Below, one piece after another: positions 8,263 to 15,676 of a DNA stretch of 51,473 nt. This DNA is from Candidatus Limnocylindrales bacterium. Its GTDB lineage: Bacteria; Chloroflexota; Limnocylindria; Limnocylindrales; CSP1-4. Where the stretch lies: contig DASYTK010000041.1 in NCBI GenBank assembly GCA_036002405.1, forward strand, positions 1 to 51,473, in the 5' to 3' direction. Position 1 is the stretch's first letter, and each line of letters opens with the position of its first letter. A program made the translations under genes and the position numbers. The notes below the pieces were generated by a model, which worked only from the letters and a program-made list of their open reading frames with translations, searched no databases and had not been told where the DNA came from.

Positions 8263-9018
8263 GTGTACGTCACGCCCACCGAGCTCCGCGTCTTGCGGCG
8301 AGGATCGCTCCTCCTCCGTTTCGCGGTCCTCGATTCGATCGCCGCCGTCCTCGCCGAGTTGCCAGCGAAGGGCTCGCTCGACACGACCCTCGAGCAGCCC
8401 TGCACCGAGCCGCACTGGGGCGTCCTTCTGCGCGGGGACCTGGAGGTCGAACAGGGCGGCCAACGCCGGCAGATCCGGGCTGGCGCGGGCTTCCACGTCC
8501 CGGGTGGCGAGCCCGGTCACCGCTTCTTCGCGACGCGCCGCGCCGTGATCGCCGGCTTCGTGCCCCTCGAGGGCCGCGCCGCCGAGGATGCCCTGCCGGC
8601 GGGCGGCGCGAGCGCCGCCGTCGCCGCTGCCCCGAGCGAAGAGGCGGAGCCCGCGAGGGTTGTCGCGAAGCCACTCGCCCCCGGTGAGATCCGGTGCCAG
8701 CCGATCCCGATGGGCCCCTGGGTCTTCGCCCACGCAACGTTCGGGCCGACGAGCGGATATGGGACGGACTACTGCGATGCTCCGCACTGGGGCGTGGTCA
8801 TCACGGGCAGCGTGGCGATCGAGTTCGAGGACGACGTCGAGGTGCTGAGCGCGGGCGATTTCTATTACACGGCCCACGGGCCGCCGGGACATCGTTTCGA
8901 GGTCGCCGACGGGGCGATCATCGCCGACTTCACGCCGCGAGCCGCGCTCGAGGGATCCGTCCGGCTCGTCGAATGGCGGGAGGTTCTTCGGAGCGCGAGC
9001 CCGGTCCGGAACGGCTGA
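8263..9018 (+). CDS. Bicupin with two C-x2-PHWG cupin repeats
   Basis: CTEPHWGVLLRG...PGH and CDAPHWGVVITG...PPGH. The GTG start at 8263 follows GGAGG. Confidence 0.75.
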   Translation: MYVTPTELRVLRRGSLLLRFAVLDSIAAVLAELPAKGSLDTTLEQPCTEPHWGVLLRGDLEVEQGGQRRQIRAGAGFHVPGGEPGHRFFATRRAVIAGFVPLEGRAAEDALPAGGASAAVAAAPSEEAEPARVVAKPLAPGEIRCQPIPMGPWVFAHATFGPTSGYGTDYCDAPHWGVVITGSVAIEFEDDVEVLSAGDFYYTAHGPPGHRFEVADGAIIADFTPRAALEGSVRLVEWREVLRSASPVRNG

Positions 9019-9079
9019 ATCGCGGCCAGGAACAGAACGGTGTGGCGGGGATCGCCGGGGACGGATCCGCCCGACAGAA

Positions 9080-9109
9080 CGACGCCCGCCGCTTGTGCGG
9101 CGGGCGTCG
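9080..9109. terminator. Bidirectional hairpin terminator candidate between convergent genes
   Basis: Perfect 13-bp stem CGACGCCCGCCGC / GCGGCGGGCGTCG with a TTGT loop. Confidence 0.7.
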
Positions 9110-9183
9110 AATCGTGGTCCGTCGACCCGGCCAGGGATGGGGGTGGGGCGGAGTGCGCCCTTCCCAGTCCTTCTTGCGCGGGC

Positions 9184-9411
9184 CTAGTACTGCTTGTCGG
9201 AGACCTGCGGATCCGGGTATGTCCGGTCGCCGCCCTCGCGCACGTCGTCACCGAGGTTGCCGAGGTCCTTGCGGGCCTCGTCCCCGATGTTCCCGACGTG
9301 GTCGGCGAGGTCCGTGCCGTCAGCCGCGCGGCTCGTCTCGGCGACGCCCTGTTCGGCCTCGCGATAGGTCTTCTTGAGGTCGTCGCGAATGGTGTCCTTG
9401 TCGTCGTCCAT
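9184..9411 (-). CDS. Small acidic hydrophilin-like protein
   Basis: 75 aa and D/E-rich (MDDDKDTIRDDLKK...). A purine-rich SD-like stretch lies upstream. Divergent from the kinase. Confidence 0.7.
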   Translation of the reverse strand: MDDDKDTIRDDLKKTYREAEQGVAETSRAADGTDLADHVGNIGDEARKDLGNLGDDVREGGDRTYPDPQVSDKQY

Positions 9412-9605
9412 CGCGGTTGCGCCTTCCTTCCAGAGGTCGGACCGGCTGGAGCCGGCCCCCCGTCGGACGACGGTACGAGGGCGCGGGCTCACGCGCGATG
9501 GGATGGCCGCTGGGCGGAGGGTTGCAATCGCCTTTCATGCTGGTGGCTCGAGGGCTCGCTCCTCCCCGCCAGCGTATAGTCTGGCCCGTCTCACGGGAGG
9601 ACGAT

Positions 9606-12575
9606 GTGACCGACGGGAGCCCGGCTGCCGGCCGGACGTCGCTCGGCTCGCGCGACGGAACGGCGCCGCCCAGCCCGACCGAGCTCCAGGGCGAATTACT
9701 CGACCAGCTGCCCGTCGCCGTCGTGACGGCGGATGTCGACGGGACGATCACGCGCTGGAATCGCCATGCCGAGGAGCTCTTCGGCTGGCGCGCGACCGAC
9801 GTGCTGGGCCGCGATGGGCGCGAGATGCTCGCCCTCGCCACCGACAGCGACGACGCGGCTGGGATCGTCGACGGGCTCCGGAACGGGATGCGCTGGGAAG
9901 GCGAGATCACCGTTCGGCGCCGCGACCGCCGACGCGTCTCCGTCTACGTGGCGACGTCGCCCCTGCACGATGCCCAGGGCCGCCTGGCGGGGAGCCTCGC
10001 CATCGCCCTCGACATCACGCCGCGGGTCCGCGCCGAGCGCCAGCACGCCGAGGCGCTTCGGCGAGAGCAGGCCGCCCGCGCCGAGGCGGAGCTCCTGCAC
10101 CGGATCGCCACCGCGGCCTCGGGGGAGGAGGACCTGGTGGGGATCCTCTCGGCCGCGCTCGACCGACTCGGCCGGCTGATGCGATTCACGGGTGGATCGA
10201 TCGCCCTCGTCGACGGGGAGGAGCTCGTTCTGCGCGCTGCGGTCGGGCCATTCGCGAGCGACTCGATCGGCCAGCGGCTCCCGCGGGGCAGCGGGCAGAG
10301 CTGGCGGATCATCGAGAGTGGTGAGGCCTGGATGTCCGACGACCTCGTCGAGGCGGGCTTCCACATCCGCGGCATCCCAGCCGAGGAAGGGCCGCGCTCG
10401 TACCTCGCCGTCCCGCTCGTCTGGCACGGCGAGACGGTGGGGCTCCTGCAGGTCGATTCGACTCAGCCGCGTGCCTTCCGGCAGCAGGACCGCTCGCTCC
10501 TGGAGGCCGTCGCCGTCGCCCTGAGCGGGCCGATCGAGATCGCCCGGCGACGCGAGGCCGAGCGCCAGGCGCTGGCCGAGTCGGAGGTCGCGCAGGCACG
10601 CCTCGCCTTCCTTGCCGAGGCCAGTCAGATCCTGGCCTCGTCGCTCGACTATCCCGAGACGCTGGCTGCGGTCGCCCGCTTGGCGATCCCTCGCCTGGCC
10701 GACTACTGCATCGTCGATGTCGTCGAAGGCGACGACGAGCTCCTCCAGGTGGCGGTGGCCCACCGCGATCCGGGCAAGGAAGAGTCGCTCCGCGAGCTCC
10801 GCCGGCGCTACCCGTTCGAAACGGACTCGCCGATCGGCGCGGCCCACGTCCTCGCCACGGGCGAACCGGAAGTCCAGAACGAGATCGACCCGGCCTGGCT
10901 GGAGCGGGCGGCCCGCGACGCCGAGCATCGGCGCCTCATCGAGGAGCTCCGTTTCACGGCCTACATGATTGTCCCCCTCGTGGCACGAGGCCGGACGGTG
11001 GGCGCGTTCTCGTTCGTCTCCACTGAGCCGGGCCGCCAATACGACTGGCGCGACGTCGCCCTGGCCGAGGATCTCGCGCGGCGGGCGGCCGCTGCGATCG
11101 ACACGGCCCGCCTGACGAGCGAGCTCGAGGACTTCCGCTCGACCGTGGACCTCACCCACGAGGGCGTGTTCATGTTCGACCCGGGGACGTTGCGCTATTT
11201 CTACGCCAACGAGGGCGCGGTGGAGCTGACCGGCTACGGCCGGGAGGAGCTGCTCGGGATGACCCCGCTCGACCTGAAGCCCGAGTTCGACGAAGAGCGG
11301 TTGCGGGGCCTGCTGGAGCCGCTCATCGACGGCACGAGCAGCTCGGCGATGGTCACGACGACGCAGCGCCGCAAGGACGGCGGGCTGATCTCGGTGGAGC
11401 TGCTCATGCAGCACGTCCGCCCGGAAGGCGAGCGCGGCCGGGTCGTGACGATCGCCCGCGACATCAGCGACCGGATCGAGGCCCGCGCCCGCCTCCAGCG
11501 GCTCGCGGAATCCGAGCGGGCGCGCAACGCCGAGCTGCGCGCGATCATCCGGGCGATGGGCGACGCGGTCATGGTCGTCCAGCACGACGGGAGCGTGTCC
11601 ATGGCGAATCCGGCCGCGGAGGCGCTCTTCCCCGAGGCGACGATCGCGACGTACGAGGAGCTGCGCGCCCACTTCGACGATCCCGAAGGGCTGGCGCCGG
11701 AGATCGGCCAGGGCGGTCGGTACGGACCGGTCGAGATCCGCCTCGGCGGCGACCTCGAGCGCTGGGTCGAGATCAGCGCCTACCCGGTGTTCACCCCGAG
11801 CGAGGCACTTGCCCAGGAGGAGGACGAGCGGGTGCTCGAGACGATCCTCTTCATGCGGGACGTCACCGAGCAGCGACGGACCCGCCAGATGCGCGACGCC
11901 TTCATCAGCGTCCTCTCGCACGAGCTGCGGACGCCGGTCACGACGATCTACGGCAACAGCAAGCTGCTGGGCCGGAGCGATCGAGACCTCGACCTGCCGA
12001 CGCGACGCGACGTCTTCACCGACATCGAGGTGGAGTCGGAGCGTCTCTACCGGCTCGTGGAGGACCTCCTCGTACTCGCCCGTTTCGGCGAGGGAGAGGC
12101 GCGCCTCGGTCGCGAGCCGCTCCTCCTCCAGCGGGTCGTCCCGATCGTCGCCCGCTCCGAGCGTGCACGCTGGCCGGCGACGACCTTTACGACCGAGATC
12201 GCCCCGGGCATCCCCACCGTCCAGGGGGATCCGACCTACGTCGAGCAGGTCATCCGAAACCTGATCAGCAACGCGGCGAAGTACGGGGGAGATGGAGGGC
12301 GGGTCACGATCGCCCTGGATGCGGAGGCCCGAGACGTGCGGCTGCGAGTGCTCGACGAAGGTCCGGGCTTCACGTCCGAGGAGGCGAGCCAGCTCTTCGA
12401 GCTCTTCTATCGTGCGCCCGGGACGGCGACCAAGGCGAGCGGTGCCGGGATCGGCCTCTTCGTCTGCAAGCGACTGATCGAGGAGATGGGGGGGCGGATC
12501 TGGGCCCGGCCGAGGCCGGAGGGAGGAGCCGAGTTCGGCTTCAGCCTCCCGGTCTTCAGCGAGGAGAGCGAGTGA
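9606..12575 (+). CDS. Cytoplasmic sensor histidine kinase (PAS-GAF-GAF-PAS-PAS-HisKA-HATPase)
   Basis: H-box SHELRTP, N-box NLISNAAKY, G1 DEGPG, G2 GAGIGL. PAS signatures (WNRHAEELFGW, ANEGAVELTGY, ANPAAEAL). No TM segment. GTG start after GGGAGG, with TATAGT upstream. Confidence 0.93.
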   Translation: MTDGSPAAGRTSLGSRDGTAPPSPTELQGELLDQLPVAVVTADVDGTITRWNRHAEELFGWRATDVLGRDGREMLALATDSDDAAGIVDGLRNGMRWEGEITVRRRDRRRVSVYVATSPLHDAQGRLAGSLAIALDITPRVRAERQHAEALRREQAARAEAELLHRIATAASGEEDLVGILSAALDRLGRLMRFTGGSIALVDGEELVLRAAVGPFASDSIGQRLPRGSGQSWRIIESGEAWMSDDLVEAGFHIRGIPAEEGPRSYLAVPLVWHGETVGLLQVDSTQPRAFRQQDRSLLEAVAVALSGPIEIARRREAERQALAESEVAQARLAFLAEASQILASSLDYPETLAAVARLAIPRLADYCIVDVVEGDDELLQVAVAHRDPGKEESLRELRRRYPFETDSPIGAAHVLATGEPEVQNEIDPAWLERAARDAEHRRLIEELRFTAYMIVPLVARGRTVGAFSFVSTEPGRQYDWRDVALAEDLARRAAAAIDTARLTSELEDFRSTVDLTHEGVFMFDPGTLRYFYANEGAVELTGYGREELLGMTPLDLKPEFDEERLRGLLEPLIDGTSSSAMVTTTQRRKDGGLISVELLMQHVRPEGERGRVVTIARDISDRIEARARLQRLAESERARNAELRAIIRAMGDAVMVVQHDGSVSMANPAAEALFPEATIATYEELRAHFDDPEGLAPEIGQGGRYGPVEIRLGGDLERWVEISAYPVFTPSEALAQEEDERVLETILFMRDVTEQRRTRQMRDAFISVLSHELRTPVTTIYGNSKLLGRSDRDLDLPTRRDVFTDIEVESERLYRLVEDLLVLARFGEGEARLGREPLLLQRVVPIVARSERARWPATTFTTEIAPGIPTVQGDPTYVEQVIRNLISNAAKYGGDGGRVTIALDAEARDVRLRVLDEGPGFTSEEASQLFELFYRAPGTATKASGAGIGLFVCKRLIEEMGGRIWARPRPEGGAEFGFSLPVFSEESE

Positions 12576-13321
12576 ACAGTCAACCCCTGGTGCTCGTCGC
12601 GGACGACGAGCCGCGGATCACGAAGCTGGTGGCGCTGACCCTCCACGACGAAGGGTTCCGCGTCGTCACCGCGAACGGCGGCGAGGAGGCACTCCAGAAG
12701 GCGGAGGAGGTTCGGCCCGACATCGTCCTGCTCGACATCGTCATGCCGGACCTCGACGGGATCGAAGTCATGCGCCAGCTCCGCGAGTGGCGTCCCGTGC
12801 CGGTCATCCTCCTCACGGCAAAGGGATCGACGAGCGACAAGGCGAAAGGCCTCGACCTGGGCGCCGACGACTACATCGCCAAGCCCTTCCATCCCGACGA
12901 GCTGGCGGCGCGGGTCCGGGCCGTCCTGCGCCGCTCGAGCGGGGTCGCTCCCGGCGCCGGGATCGTGAAGTTCGACGACATCGAGATCGACCTCGAGCGC
13001 CGGCTCGTGACGAAGGGCGGAGAGCTCGTCTCATTGAGCCGCACGGAATGGCTGCTCCTTCAGCATCTCGCCGCGAACGCGGGGAAGGTCGTGCTGCACA
13101 CCGAGTTGCTGACCAAGGTCTGGGGTCCCGAGTACCGCGACGACCTGCAGTACCTCCGGGTCTGGGTAAGCCGCGTCCGCCGCAAGCTCGGCGCGGCGCC
13201 CGGCGAGCCGGGTCCGATCAAGACGTTCCAGGGGATCGGCTACGTCCTGGACGTCGAGGGCAGCCTCTCGGACGCGGGCCGCTCCGACGAAGGGACCGAA
13301 TCGGCGCGGGCGGGTTCCTAG
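12572..13321 (+). CDS. OmpR/PhoB-family (KdpE-like) response regulator
   Basis: VADDEP, LLDIVMP (phospho-Asp), LTAK, DDYIAKPF, and a winged helix LSRTEWLLL...YLRVWVSRVRRKL...IKTFQGIGY. GTGA overlap with the kinase stop. Confidence 0.95.
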   Translation: MNSQPLVLVADDEPRITKLVALTLHDEGFRVVTANGGEEALQKAEEVRPDIVLLDIVMPDLDGIEVMRQLREWRPVPVILLTAKGSTSDKAKGLDLGADDYIAKPFHPDELAARVRAVLRRSSGVAPGAGIVKFDDIEIDLERRLVTKGGELVSLSRTEWLLLQHLAANAGKVVLHTELLTKVWGPEYRDDLQYLRVWVSRVRRKLGAAPGEPGPIKTFQGIGYVLDVEGSLSDAGRSDEGTESARAGS

Positions 13322-13345
13322 GGAGCGCCTTCCGGGCAACGAAAG

Positions 13346-13378
13346 GGCGCGACCCGGGGAGGGGACCCGGGTCGCGCC
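13346..13378. terminator. 13-bp hairpin between convergent genes
   Basis: GGCGCGACCCGGG / CCCGGGTCGCGCC with a 7-nt loop. A second 8-bp stem follows at 13388-13411. Confidence 0.65.
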
Positions 13379-13428
13379 GGAGGGATCGGGACGCTCCGTC
13401 ACCAGCGTCCCGCTGTGGTGTGTTCGCC

Positions 13429-13551
13429 TTAGCGGACGACCATGAGCACGACGACCGTGGCGAGCGCGCTCAGCGAGACGAGTAGCTCGAGGATCCGCAT
13501 CGATCGGTCGTCGACCGTCGAATCACTGACCGCGATCTTCTGCCGTTCCAT
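13429..13551 (-). CDS. 40-aa single-pass small membrane protein (absent from the ORF track)
   Basis: MERQKIAVSDSTVDDRSMRILELLVSLSALATVVVLMVVR*. GGAG SD upstream, hydrophobic C-terminal helix, followed by terminator hairpins. Confidence 0.6.
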   Translation of the reverse strand: MERQKIAVSDSTVDDRSMRILELLVSLSALATVVVLMVVR

Positions 13552-13701
13552 CGGGGTGGCTCCGTGTGAGACTCCGGGCATCCTGCTCGACGCCGAAACC
13601 GTAACGGCGCCGCTATCTCGCTTGTTCCCCGGTCAGGCGAGCGCGCCCTAACATCCTCGTTGCAGGGGAGCTGGGCGGTGACGGAGCGCACCGCGCCCAG
13701 A

Positions 13702-14082
13702 TCAGACCGTCGGCTCGAGAAGGTCCGACTCGGTCTCGCGGTTGAGGAGCGTCGCGAGCATCGCGGCCGCGGGCACCATCGAGAGCAGCACGACGAGCCG
13801 GTTCGTGCCGGTCAGGAACATCCCGACCCCCACGCCGAGCGAGAACGCCGCGCCCAGCATGAGGGTCTCGTCGGGCAGATCTTCCAGTGTCCGGGCCGTC
13901 TCGTTCATCGCCGTCTGGGCCGTGGAGGCGGCCGCCGGCATCCGCTCGGCGACGTCCGACGCCGCCGTGCGGACGCGCGCCGCGGCCTCCTGGGCACCGG
14001 CCACGATCGTCGCGCCGCGCTCCCGTTCCTGACCGTTTCCCGAGCTGCGCGTCGGACGTCCACCACTCTCCGTCGTCGCCAT
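13702..14082 (-). CDS. Tail-anchored small protein (amphipathic Ala-rich region plus C-terminal TM hairpin, ElaB/YqjD-like architecture)
   Basis: SD GGAGG before the ATG at 14082. Hydrophobic LMLGAAFSLGVGVGMFLTG and LVVLLSMVPAAAMLATLL. An alternative upstream start at 14199 is possible. Confidence 0.65.
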   Translation of the reverse strand: MATTESGGRPTRSSGNGQERERGATIVAGAQEAAARVRTAASDVAERMPAAASTAQTAMNETARTLEDLPDETLMLGAAFSLGVGVGMFLTGTNRLVVLLSMVPAAAMLATLLNRETESDLLEPTV

Positions 14083-14289
14083 CGTCGTCCTCCAGTCCGC
14101 CCTACCGACGGGGGGCGGTCTCGTGGTGCGCCCGGGCCTTCCGCGCCTGGGCGACTCGTTCTCTTCTTCCTCGATCTGGTGCTCGACATTCTCCTTCATG
14201 ACCTTGGCTTTGGGTCCCCAGGTCTCAGCGCCCACCGACAGCCGGGCGGGCGTGCAGGTCCCTAACGACGCGGCCCGAGGGCGGTCGGG

Positions 14290-15648
14290 TCAGTCGGTGC
14301 CATTCACCTCGACGACGCGGCGGTAGAAGTCCGCGGATGCCTTCGGTGTCCTTCGCTGCGTGGGGTAGTCGACGCGGACGATCCCGAAGCGCGGGCGGTA
14401 ACCCTCCGCCCACTCGAAGTTGTCGAGCAGGGACCAGACGAAGTAGCCACGGAGTGGCACTCCCGCCGAGATCGCCTCTCCGGCGGCCTCGATATGCGAC
14501 CGCAGGTAATCGATCCGGCCGTCGTCCTGGACGGCGTCACCGGGCGCGGCCGACTCCTCGAACGCGGCTCCGTTCTCGGTGATGTAGAGCGGCACCTCAC
14601 GCCCGTCCGCCGACGAGTACTCGTCGCGGACCCGGACGAGGAGATCGCGCAACCCCGGCGGGTCGATCAGCCAGCCCATCGCGGTCGTCGGGAGGCCGCG
14701 CTCGGCAGGATCCACGATCGTGTAGCCGAGCGGACGGCTCGGGTCGGCCCGGACCTGGCTGCGCGAGTAGTAGTTCACGCCAAGGAAGTCGAGCGGGGCG
14801 GCGATGGCGGCCATGTCCGTCCCCTGGACGGCGTCGAGCGGGTGGCCCAGGGCGGCGAACCGATCGACCATGTCGGCCGGATAGTCGCGCCCGAACAATG
14901 GGTCGAGGAACCAGCGGATGTTGTACCCATCCGCCGTCCGGGTCGCCTCGACGTCCTCGTCTCGATCGCTCGCCGGCTCGACCGGCCACAGGTTGAGGGT
15001 GATCCCGATCGGAGCCGAGAGTCCCTCCGCGCGATAGGCCTCGAGCGTCCGCCCGTGCGAGAGCAGGAGATGGTGGCCCGCCCGGAGGGCGGCCGAGCGA
15101 TCCGTCAGGCCGGGCGCGTGGATCCCGATCTCATGGCCCAGGAAGGCGGCGACCCAGGGCTCGTTGTGCGTGACCCACAGCCTGACCCGATCGCCCAGGG
15201 CGCGATAGACGATCGCGGCGTAGTCGACGTAGCGCCCGACGGTGTCGCGTGAGGGCCAGCCGCCACGATCCTGGAGCGCCTGTGGAAGGTCCCAGTGGTA
15301 GAGCGTCGCGACGGGCGCGATCCCGCGGGCGAGGAGTCCGTCAACGAGTCGGGCGTAGAAGTCGATCCCCTGCCCATTGGCCGGCCCCGACCCACTCGGC
15401 TGGACGCGTGGCCAGGCGACCGAGAAGCGGTAGGCCGGGATGCCCAGCGAGGCCATCAGATCGACATCCTCGGACCAGCGGTGATAGTGGTCGCAGGCCA
15501 CGTCGCCGTCCTCGCCGTTCCTCGTCCTTCCCGGCGTGTGGCTGAAGCGATCCCAGATCGATTCGCCCCGTCCGCCCTCCTGCACTGCCCCCTCGATCTG
15601 GTAGGCCGCCGTGGCGACGCCCCAGAGGAACCCGTCCGGGAAGCGCAT
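14290..15648 (-). CDS. Glycoside hydrolase family 1 beta-glucosidase
   Basis: FLWGVATAAYQIEG, CDHYHRW, YRFSVAWPR, TLYHWDLP, HNEP (acid/base Glu), ITENG (nucleophile Glu), SLLDNFEWAEG. Confidence 0.96.
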   Translation of the reverse strand: MRFPDGFLWGVATAAYQIEGAVQEGGRGESIWDRFSHTPGRTRNGEDGDVACDHYHRWSEDVDLMASLGIPAYRFSVAWPRVQPSGSGPANGQGIDFYARLVDGLLARGIAPVATLYHWDLPQALQDRGGWPSRDTVGRYVDYAAIVYRALGDRVRLWVTHNEPWVAAFLGHEIGIHAPGLTDRSAALRAGHHLLLSHGRTLEAYRAEGLSAPIGITLNLWPVEPASDRDEDVEATRTADGYNIRWFLDPLFGRDYPADMVDRFAALGHPLDAVQGTDMAAIAAPLDFLGVNYYSRSQVRADPSRPLGYTIVDPAERGLPTTAMGWLIDPPGLRDLLVRVRDEYSSADGREVPLYITENGAAFEESAAPGDAVQDDGRIDYLRSHIEAAGEAISAGVPLRGYFVWSLLDNFEWAEGYRPRFGIVRVDYPTQRRTPKASADFYRRVVEVNGTD

Positions 15649-15676
15649 CAGGGGGCGGCGAAGCAGGCGCCGAGCA

